64,000 bases of DNA from Colwellia sp. (lineage in GTDB: Bacteria; Pseudomonadota; Gammaproteobacteria; Enterobacterales; Alteromonadaceae): NCBI GenBank assembly GCA_013215465.1, contig JABSOW010000018.1, positions 6,174 through 70,173 of the forward strand. The letters run 5' to 3'. Every line of letters begins with the position of its first letter. The stretch's first letter is position 1. A program made the translations under genes and the position numbers. Under the pieces are notes generated by a model that did no database searches, was not told the origin of the DNA, and worked only from the letters and a program-made list of their open reading frames with translations. This document shows, piece after piece, positions 56,633 to 64,000 of the stretch.

Positions 56633-57155
56633 TAAGACCTTCAATGGCATATTCACCATTAAAGATAAGGTGAACCTGAATGTCGCTAGCCGATTTATTT
56701 TTCCAATACCAACCATGTGAGCCTTCAAATGGTGCAGTGAAACTGCCTTTCATTTCGTTAATAGTAGCAATGGCATAAGACTCAAAATATCCCGTAGTAT
56801 CACCCTTTGGCTCACCATGTAAATCAACATAAAGTTCACCACTTTTGGTCGTCCATTCATATGCCGCTTTACTATACTTTTTCATGGCTAGTTTATATTC
56901 AATGCCCTTACCGGCTGGTATGGTTAAAGTCACCGAATCCTGCTGTTCTTGTTTTACTACCAAGGTGACTACTGGCTTGGCTTCTGCATTAAATACTGTC
57001 AGCCCAAGCCTTTCACCAACCCCTGTGGGGTCAATGTTATATTCTGCGGGTAAAATAAATAGCACTAGCACAACAATAGCTACCGCCAGCGACATTACCG
57101 TCGCTTTCAGTAGCGAGCGACTCTTTTGATTTAATTTCATAAATAGTGTTCTCAT
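56628..57155 (-). CDS. Hypothetical membrane-anchored periplasmic protein
   Basis: 175 aa with one N-terminal TM helix and a beta-rich C-terminal domain. Lies just downstream of hupE-like. Confidence 0.6.
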   Translation of the reverse strand: MRTLFMKLNQKSRSLLKATVMSLAVAIVVLVLFILPAEYNIDPTGVGERLGLTVFNAEAKPVVTLVVKQEQQDSVTLTIPAGKGIEYKLAMKKYSKAAYEWTTKSGELYVDLHGEPKGDTTGYFESYAIATINEMKGSFTAPFEGSHGWYWKNKSASDIQVHLIFNGEYAIEGLK

Positions 57156-57180
57156 AAAAATTAGTTAACCTTAATTCAGT

Positions 57181-57879
57181 TTAGTAAATAAAGTAGCCCG
57201 TGAGTTGCATGCCAACAAGCATAAAACCTGCGCTCATTAAGGCGATATTGGTGGTTTTGGCGAATTTATTGAAACTTGAAAATTGACGCCAATAGTTAAT
57301 CGCTAGCAATATAAACATCAAAGCAAGAAACTGTCCTAGCTCGACTCCAATATTAAAAGCGAATAAGTTAGTCGCCAACCCTTGTGCTGGTAGCTCAAAC
57401 TCCTGTATTTTGGTGGCCAAGCCAAAGCCGTGAAATAAACCAAAAATAAACACCGCTTTTTTAGGGTTAGGTTGTTTACCAAAAAAATTCTTGAAACCAC
57501 CGAGATTATCAAAGCCTTTATAGATAACAGACAGACCGATAATGGCGTCAATTAAATAGGCATTTACTTGAATATTGGCAAGTACACCTGTCATCAGTGT
57601 TAAACTATGACCAATAGTAAACATGCTGACATAAAGCAACACCTCCCTACTTCGATGTAAAAAGAACAAAACACCCACCAAAAAAAGCAAGTGATCATAA
57701 CCGGTAACCATATGTTTTGCGCCAATATACATAAAGGGTACAATTTGAATACCGGTATTATTTTGCAAAAAATTGCGTGTACTATCATCCACCCCATGGG
57801 CGAAAGCTTCTACAGAAACCATCGCGCAGAGGATAAGCAGAGGGTACAACAAAGAAGCTAGTCTACACTTTGCTAACAT
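57181..57879 (-). CDS. HupE/UreJ-family metal (Ni/Co) transport-associated membrane protein
   Basis: I chose the start MLAKC (57879), 4 nt after the czcA stop. A signal peptide ends at ...AFAHG. Carries the GYDHLLFLVGVLFFL signature and multiple TM helices. Confidence 0.8.
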   Translation of the reverse strand: MLAKCRLASLLYPLLILCAMVSVEAFAHGVDDSTRNFLQNNTGIQIVPFMYIGAKHMVTGYDHLLFLVGVLFFLHRSREVLLYVSMFTIGHSLTLMTGVLANIQVNAYLIDAIIGLSVIYKGFDNLGGFKNFFGKQPNPKKAVFIFGLFHGFGLATKIQEFELPAQGLATNLFAFNIGVELGQFLALMFILLAINYWRQFSSFNKFAKTTNIALMSAGFMLVGMQLTGYFIY

Positions 57880-57883
57880 TAAC

Positions 57884-60800
57884 TTACCCTTTAGATTCAA
57901 TTGAATAACTGCCAATTTCTTCTGAACTTTTGCTATCTCTTGCATGTAGCAAGCGATATAACGCAGGCAGAACAAATAGCGTTAAAATGGTTGAGGAAAT
58001 AACCCCTCCGATGACAACAGTTGCTAAAGGCCTTTGAACTTCAGAGCCTATACCTGTATTTAACGCCATAGGAATAAAACCAAGTGAAGCCACTAACGCT
58101 GTGGTAAGTACAGGTCGTAATCGTGTTAATGCGCCTTTTATAATTGCTTCTTCCAAGCCTAGCTTTTCTTTAATGAGTTCTCGAATAAAAGAAACCATTA
58201 CCAAGCCGTTTAAAATAGCAATACCCGACAGCGCGATAAATCCTACTGCTGCTGAGATTGAAAATGGAATGTCTCTGAGTATTAGGGCAAATATGCCGCC
58301 AGTTAATGCCAGTGGCACACCCGTAAAGATAATCATTGAATCTTTGAATGAGCCTAAGGCGAGTAACAACAAGCCAATAATTAATACTAAGGTTACTGGT
58401 ACAACAACACTCAGTCGCTGGGTAGCAGATTGTAACTTTTGGTAAGTACCGCCATATTCAACCCAGTATCCCGATGGTATATCAACATCGGCATTGATTG
58501 CTTTTTTGATATCAGCAACAAAGCTACCTAAATCACGACCACGAACGTTTGCAGTGACAACAACACGACGTTTGCCATTTTCTCGATTAACCTGATTAGC
58601 GCTATTAACCATTTCTATCGATGCTAGTTCTTGTAAAGGAACATACCCTCCACTTGGTAAAGTAATTGGCAGTTGACCATAGTTATCAACGTTATTGCGC
58701 TGTATTTCTGGCAAGCGAACTATGATGTCGAAGCGTTTATCTCCTTGATAAAACTTGCCAACCGTTTGTCCTCCTATAGCAACTGAAACTTGCTGCTGTA
58801 AATCAGCTTTAGTAATGGAATATAGCGCTAGCTTTTCATCTTTTGGCACAAAAGTAAGGATAGGAAGACCTTTTGTTTGTTCAACTTGAATATCTCTAAT
58901 ACCTTTTACACCTTCAATTGCGGCTTCTATTGATAAACCTAAACTAGCAAGCGTTTCAAAATCATCACCAAACACTTTTACTGCTAGTTCAGAGCGCACT
59001 CCCGCAAGTAATTCATTAAATCGCATTTGAATAGGTTGTAAAAATTCATAACGGTTGCCGGGGATTTTTGTGACAATATCCTCAAGTTCTTTGATAAATT
59101 GATCTTTAGACTTATTGGGATCAGGCCATTGCGAACGAGGTTTAAGCATAATAAAATTATCAGCAACACTTGGTGGCATGGGATCGGTTGCTACATCTGG
59201 AGTGCCTATTTTGGCAAAAACTAATTCTACTTCAGGCATTTCTTTAATTTTTGCTTCCAAAATCTTTTGCATTTCTACCGCTTGAGAAAGCGATGTACCT
59301 GGTATTCTAAGAGCGTGCATAGCAATATCACCTTCATCTAGGTTAGGTACAAATTCACTGCCTAGTTTAGTTGCCATAACGCCAGCGAGCACCACAAGAG
59401 AAAATGCTGACACAACGACTAACCAACGCGCTTTAAGCACAAAAGATAAGACTGGCTTATACAAAAATACACTTGCCTTCATAATAAGGTTTTCTTTCTC
59501 TATAACGGGTCCTTTAAACATTAACGCAATGGCTGCAGGGACAAATGTTATTGATAAAAGCATTGAACTCACTAAGGCGATAACCACTGTGATAGCCATT
59601 GGGTGGAACATTTTTCCTTCAACACCAGTCAGAGCAAAGATGGGCAAATAAACAACGGTAATGATAAAGACACCAAATAGGGCTGGACGAATAACCTCAC
59701 GCGTAGCATCGAAGACTAACGCTAACCTTTCTTTTACGGGTAGTACTTTGCCATTAGACGCCTGACTTAGCCTACGCATGCAGTTTTCCACGATGATAAT
59801 TGCGCCATCAACCAGTAAACCAAAATCAAGCGCCCCTAAGCTCATCAAGTTGGCACTTGTTTTTGTTTGTACCATACCTGTTACTGTTATTAGCATGGCG
59901 AATGGGATCACCGCAGCAGTAAGAAGCGCAGCCCTGAAGTTACCCAATAAAAGAAATAAGATCACGATGACTAAAATAGCGCCTTCAATCAAATTTGTCT
60001 TTACGGTAGCTAATGTTTTATTCACTAACTTGGTGCGATCATATACCGCATTAGCAATTACGCCAGCGGGTAAATTCTCATTAATTTCGGTTAGTTTTTC
60101 ACCGACAGCCTTAGCTACTTTTTGGCTATTCTCGCCTATCAACATAAAGACAGTGCTAAGCACTATTTCATGCCCATCTTGCGTTGCCGCCCCGGTACGT
60201 AACTCTTTACCTTCTTTAACCTCGGCTACATCTTTAATTTTTAAGAATTGTCCTGCTTTAGTTGCTATGGGGATATTTCTTAAACCGTTAATATCTTCAA
60301 CTTGACCTGGTATACGTACTAGCCATTGAGCGCCATTTTTTTCGATAAACCCAGCACCGCGATTTTGATTATGTGTGCCAATAGCCCTAATCACATCTTG
60401 TTGGCTTAAGCCGTGTGCTAATAGCTTTTGTGGCTCAAGTGCAATAAGGATTTCTCTTTTGTAACCGCCAATGGGATTAACTTCTACAACACCTTCAACC
60501 TGTATTAATTGTGGTCTTATTATCCAATCATGAATGGTTCGTAAGTCGGTCGAGGTTATTTCGCTGCCATCTTCATTTGTTGCTCCTGGTTCAGCGTCAA
60601 CGGTGAACATAAATATTTCACCCAGCCCTGTTGCAATAGGTCCCAGTATTGGTGACAAACCCGGTGGTAATTCTGCAAGCGCAGCATTGAGTTTTTCACC
60701 AATAAGTTGTCTGGCAAAATAAATATCAGTATCATCGTTGAAAATAGCCACGACTTGCGACAATCCATATCGAGAGACAGAACGCGTACTGACCAAACCA

Positions 60801-61030
60801 GGCACACCCGCTAATGCAGTTTCAAGTGGATAGGTAACTCTCTGCTCTACCTCTAATGGTGTATAACCAGCGGCTTCGGTATTGATTATTACCTGAACAT
60901 TAGTGATATCAGGTACTGCATCTATGGGTAACTTAGTAAAGTTCCACAGACCGAGCGTGGCAATTGCCAAGACAAAAACGAGTATCAGTTTACTGCGCTC
61001 AATAGAAAATTTTAAAATTGATTCCAACAT
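57884..61030 (-). CDS. czcA: Heavy-metal efflux RND transporter, CzcA/CusA family
   Basis: 1048 aa with a 12-TM RND architecture and the characteristic N-terminus (LILVFVLAIATLGLWNF..LPIDAVPDITNVQV). Confidence 0.9.
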   Translation of the reverse strand: MLESILKFSIERSKLILVFVLAIATLGLWNFTKLPIDAVPDITNVQVIINTEAAGYTPLEVEQRVTYPLETALAGVPGLVSTRSVSRYGLSQVVAIFNDDTDIYFARQLIGEKLNAALAELPPGLSPILGPIATGLGEIFMFTVDAEPGATNEDGSEITSTDLRTIHDWIIRPQLIQVEGVVEVNPIGGYKREILIALEPQKLLAHGLSQQDVIRAIGTHNQNRGAGFIEKNGAQWLVRIPGQVEDINGLRNIPIATKAGQFLKIKDVAEVKEGKELRTGAATQDGHEIVLSTVFMLIGENSQKVAKAVGEKLTEINENLPAGVIANAVYDRTKLVNKTLATVKTNLIEGAILVIVILFLLLGNFRAALLTAAVIPFAMLITVTGMVQTKTSANLMSLGALDFGLLVDGAIIIVENCMRRLSQASNGKVLPVKERLALVFDATREVIRPALFGVFIITVVYLPIFALTGVEGKMFHPMAITVVIALVSSMLLSITFVPAAIALMFKGPVIEKENLIMKASVFLYKPVLSFVLKARWLVVVSAFSLVVLAGVMATKLGSEFVPNLDEGDIAMHALRIPGTSLSQAVEMQKILEAKIKEMPEVELVFAKIGTPDVATDPMPPSVADNFIMLKPRSQWPDPNKSKDQFIKELEDIVTKIPGNRYEFLQPIQMRFNELLAGVRSELAVKVFGDDFETLASLGLSIEAAIEGVKGIRDIQVEQTKGLPILTFVPKDEKLALYSITKADLQQQVSVAIGGQTVGKFYQGDKRFDIIVRLPEIQRNNVDNYGQLPITLPSGGYVPLQELASIEMVNSANQVNRENGKRRVVVTANVRGRDLGSFVADIKKAINADVDIPSGYWVEYGGTYQKLQSATQRLSVVVPVTLVLIIGLLLLALGSFKDSMIIFTGVPLALTGGIFALILRDIPFSISAAVGFIALSGIAILNGLVMVSFIRELIKEKLGLEEAIIKGALTRLRPVLTTALVASLGFIPMALNTGIGSEVQRPLATVVIGGVISSTILTLFVLPALYRLLHARDSKSSEEIGSYSIESKG

Positions 61031-61039
61031 ACTACTTCC

Positions 61040-62278
61040 TTAGTGATCGTGAGATGCACCAGATTTTTCGATATCTGCTTTGATGATGTAACTATTCTTC
61101 GCTACGTACTCAACGCCAGCAGAGATACCAGCCAGAACTTCGACCCAAGCACCCACTTTCCGGCCTAAATCCAACATTCTGACCTCATAATCCTCATCAA
61201 CTTTGGCGTATACCACAGTAAAGTCTCGAAAAGATTGTAAGGCTTCAGCTTTTACCGCCAAAGACACTTTATAGGTACTAAGGAGTATTTCAGCAGAGAC
61301 AAATTGACCTACTCTAAGGGAGTCATCTGCGTTATCAATTTCAGCACGATATAACTTTGCCTGCTCACGGTTCACCTCGAACAGCGTATCGAATAATTGT
61401 GTTTTAATGATTTTTTCACTACCGGGTATATAAATATTGACCATGGCCCCTAATTTTACTCTTGCTTGATCCATTGGAAATATTGCCAACTCAGCAATTA
61501 GCTTACTGGTATCCGTTATGGTCAACAGCCTGCTATCGCCAGTTTGCTCCCCTGCGCCAGTATTTTGATTAGTAATTGAACCGCTCATTGGCGCGTACAC
61601 TTTATATGTTTGCAGGCTTTCGTTACTTTCAATGGTCAGCAAAAGCTGCCCTTTTTTTACTCGTTGACCAAGCACTGCATGAAGCGTCTTAATTTCTCCT
61701 GGGAATCTGGCACTGACATGGCGAACTGCGTTAGGTGCCGTGGTCAGTTTTCCGAAAACTTTTAAGGTTTCGTTAAAAACCTGACTAGCAACTGATTCAG
61801 TTTTTATTTCCATTGCTTTAGCAATGTCATCTTTGATAGCAGTACGGCCTTCAAAATTGTCATATGTCCATTGATGGCTGTTATTGCCATATTTAGCCGT
61901 TAACGTGACTTGAAAAGAATGAGGCTCATAAATCTCCATATCACCCCGTAGATAGTTATTTTCAACAAAGAAGTTAATATTATCCACAACATCGCCAAGA
62001 CGGGTAAGTTGCACCTTTACTTCAAGATCTTCTGCGGCCAGTTTTGTCGTTCCTTGCGTGGCAAAGATTCTAAATTCAGGTTTTACCCCATCTTCAAAAA
62101 TAACAAGCTCGATAGCAAAACCTTCATCTCGCAACATCCGGCCATTATTGATACCTTTTTCAACTTCCTCTTTTACTGATTCAACGGTAGATTGAGCATG
62201 TACAAATGGGCTATATGAGACACTCACTAGCGATATCTGCCCCAAAATAATGGCAGCAACTATTGGATTAAGTTTCAT
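61040..62278 (-). CDS. czcB: Efflux RND periplasmic adaptor (CzcB-like)
   Basis: 412 aa with a signal peptide and lipoyl/beta-barrel adaptor motifs (VKKGQLLLTIES...VYAPMSGSI). Located directly upstream of czcA. Confidence 0.8.
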   Translation of the reverse strand: MKLNPIVAAIILGQISLVSVSYSPFVHAQSTVESVKEEVEKGINNGRMLRDEGFAIELVIFEDGVKPEFRIFATQGTTKLAAEDLEVKVQLTRLGDVVDNINFFVENNYLRGDMEIYEPHSFQVTLTAKYGNNSHQWTYDNFEGRTAIKDDIAKAMEIKTESVASQVFNETLKVFGKLTTAPNAVRHVSARFPGEIKTLHAVLGQRVKKGQLLLTIESNESLQTYKVYAPMSGSITNQNTGAGEQTGDSRLLTITDTSKLIAELAIFPMDQARVKLGAMVNIYIPGSEKIIKTQLFDTLFEVNREQAKLYRAEIDNADDSLRVGQFVSAEILLSTYKVSLAVKAEALQSFRDFTVVYAKVDEDYEVRMLDLGRKVGAWVEVLAGISAGVEYVAKNSYIIKADIEKSGASHDH

Positions 62279-62289
62279 GATTTTCTCTC

Positions 62290-63579
62290 TTACATAGAAA
62301 TTGATGAGCCGGTTAGGCGCTCTAGTTCAATATTAAATAACTGGATATTGGTATAGGCTTGAATAAGCTCTATTTGCGTAGCAACTAACTCTTGCTGAAC
62401 CGCATATAAGTCGGTATATCGGTAATTGCCAAGACTATAGGCTTCAGCAGCCTTAACACTCGCTTGTTCTAATAAGGGTATGGTCTCACTAGAAAGGCCT
62501 GCTATTACATGAAGGTTATGCTGGAGTTTATGAGTGAGTAATAACAGTTGAATGGAAATACGTTTAAACCAAGCGTCTGACTCGGCAATGCTTTGATTTT
62601 TTTTCGCTTGCCAGGCTGTTATTCGTCCACGATTACTATTTTCACCACCAAAAGGGATTGATATGCCGGCAATAAATGAAAAATCATCCACGGCCTCGTT
62701 TCGTTTAATGCCAGTATTTATCGACCAAGCAGGATTCTGATTGGCTTTAGCCAGCTCAATTTCAGATTCAGCAATACGCTGCTGGGAGGCAAAAATTTTT
62801 AACCTTGGGTTAGATTTTAGTTTTTCGACTGCTGCTTCTACTTGAGCAATACTTGGAATACCGATTAAAGTGCCATTAATGGTAAAATCAGTATCACCTT
62901 GCCACTGCGCCGCTAATTGCGCTTTACTCGCACCAATTTCATGGTGAAAATCTTCCACTGTCAGCTCTTTTTTAGAAAGATCTGCTTTCGCCCTTAGCTC
63001 ATCAATGATATTTACTTTACCCACGGCAACACGGCTTTCTATCTCGCGAAGTAGTCTTTTTGCGTGATTTCTAGCAAGTTTTGCCAGTACTAATTGTTCT
63101 TGTTGCGATAAAAGCGTAATAAATATTTTTGCCGTTTGTGCAGCAACATCTAATGCTTTAACTTCCTTTTCAAACATTGATACGGTTGCTTTTTGATTGG
63201 CTGCATTTACCCTAGACTCGATAATATCTCCTTCTAATAACCATGAAATGCTCAACGTGGTTTGCATACCTGCCACACCCGAATAGCTTCCTGTTCCTAA
63301 AACATCTTCAACGCCCGCATTTATAATTATTGGGCTAGCAATAGCTGCTTGCTCTATTAACCCCATAGCAGCGTCTTGCATGTGACTAAAAGACTTCAAC
63401 TCTGGATGTTGTTGTAATGTATAACTAATGGCACTATATAGCGTTATACTTTGTTGAGTAAAGGGTTGTTGTGCCAACGTTGTCAATGAAACTGCGGATA
63501 GTGTTGCAATAATAAGTTTTTTTATTATCAGAAACCTATCGGTAATCGGTTTTGTGTTTATGATTTTTCGAGTCGGCAT
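62290..63579 (-). CDS. czcC: TolC-family outer-membrane efflux protein (CzcC-like)
   Basis: 429 aa with two OEP-type helical repeats. First gene of the three-gene efflux unit. Confidence 0.8.
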   Translation of the reverse strand: MPTRKIINTKPITDRFLIIKKLIIATLSAVSLTTLAQQPFTQQSITLYSAISYTLQQHPELKSFSHMQDAAMGLIEQAAIASPIIINAGVEDVLGTGSYSGVAGMQTTLSISWLLEGDIIESRVNAANQKATVSMFEKEVKALDVAAQTAKIFITLLSQQEQLVLAKLARNHAKRLLREIESRVAVGKVNIIDELRAKADLSKKELTVEDFHHEIGASKAQLAAQWQGDTDFTINGTLIGIPSIAQVEAAVEKLKSNPRLKIFASQQRIAESEIELAKANQNPAWSINTGIKRNEAVDDFSFIAGISIPFGGENSNRGRITAWQAKKNQSIAESDAWFKRISIQLLLLTHKLQHNLHVIAGLSSETIPLLEQASVKAAEAYSLGNYRYTDLYAVQQELVATQIELIQAYTNIQLFNIELERLTGSSISM

Positions 63580-63645
63580 TGTACCTCCTCCTTTTATGTA
63601 AAAATAGAATTTAAAAATAGAGTTAAAAAGTAAATGTAACTGTAT

Positions 63646-63669
63646 AAAACCGACTTTAGGTCGGTTTTA
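63646..63669. terminator. Bidirectional terminator hairpin
   Basis: AAAACCGAC-tttag-GTCGGTTTT. Confidence 0.65.
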
Positions 63670-63713
63670 TAGTTAAAAAACTTATCTCTAAATAACTATA
63701 GAAACGGCTATTA

Positions 63714-63989
63714 TCAATGATTTAGTACGGTTTCTATTAAGTGATGCACGCCATCAATAGAAGACAAACACACGGCTAGAATGAAAGTGACCAAAATCGC
63801 GGTAAGCATTTTATTGACGGGTTTTAAATTTAATTGCCCTAATAAAAAATAAACACGTTGCTCTAATACATCAGCGCCGAAATTAGCGACTAGCTCATTA
63901 TTCTTTACTGGTGAATACAACGCATTTAAGCGAGCCGCCTTCACCAGTGTACTTGCAACAAATGTCGGCGCTATATCACTATTTACCAC
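63714..63989 (-). CDS. Hypothetical protein, possibly 5'-truncated by the window edge
   Basis: The ORF reaches within 11 nt of the window end and has a C-terminal TM segment. No motif recognised. Confidence 0.3.
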   Translation of the reverse strand: MVNSDIAPTFVASTLVKAARLNALYSPVKNNELVANFGADVLEQRVYFLLGQLNLKPVNKMLTAILVTFILAVCLSSIDGVHHLIETVLNH

Positions 63990-64000
63990 AGCATTATCGG

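Noticed and set aside
538-60807. About 45 short ORFs of 60-175 aa in the supplied track lie antisense to, or out of frame within, long well-supported genes. Examples are 538-747, 813-1124, 2164-2382, 5170-5436, 6448-6708, 6783-7043, 9321-9757, 14429-14620, 17552-17812, 18676-19029, 19171-19794, 21163-21940, 31656-31961, 34805-35047, 39002-39298, 39764-40130, 44136-44405, 50598-50945, 54282-55071, 56845-57129, 57336-57797, 58101-58445, 59778-60305 and 60534-60807.
   Set aside because: Each is fully embedded in a longer ORF with clear family motifs. Their translations are low-complexity or hydrophobic shadow sequences with no recognisable motifs.

Overview
This window looks like chromosomal DNA from an AT-rich marine gammaproteobacterium. 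That assignment is an inference from protein families such as Tus, Upp/UraA, OmpK/Tsx, DnaJ-related and SEC-C proteins; no database search was run. Layout: (1) 1-6300 holds signalling and housekeeping genes (EAL-HDOD, MtfA, SDR) and a hydrolase-TetR operon whose promoter region carries a perfect 313-bp tandem duplication. (2) 6305-9160 is a decayed integrase module: a tyrosine recombinase, a nuclease gene with an in-frame stop, and a tRNA 3'-end-like fragment. (3) 9197-10144 is tus, so the window lies in the replication-terminus region. (4) 10200-13130 is a junkyard of IS21 IstA and IstB fragments and an RHS core remnant, with an intact AbiEi/AbiEii pair nested between the IS21 pieces. (5) 13132-23244 is a roughly 10-kb Type I R-M operon headed by a BrxR/CapW-like WYL regulator. 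It carries three extra genes: a small membrane protein, a 472-aa unknown, and an internally deleted DUF1016 gene. (6) 23451-38812 is mixed cargo: SRAP, a J-domain protein, CSD-Excalibur, a GGDEF protein, nucleobase salvage (purine permease, tsx-like, upp-uraA), pldA and an M48 protease. (7) 38874-52308 is the most interesting stretch, a tight 12-gene minus-strand operon. It combines a MotA/ExbB-type channel, two paralogous proteins with a MotB-like Asp-containing TM helix plus coiled coil plus VWA domain, a degenerate Hsp70/actin-like protein, a PEGA-repeat protein with a cysteine-less FGE domain, TPR proteins, a TonB_C-like protein and four lipoproteins. I cannot match it to any characterised motor system. 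(8) 52637-53045 is an IS630-like deletion derivative, with two related MITE-like copies elsewhere in the window. (9) 54091-63579 holds an M28 peptidase and a czcCBA-HupE-His-rich metal cluster. I found no rRNA gene, intact tRNA gene or CRISPR array.
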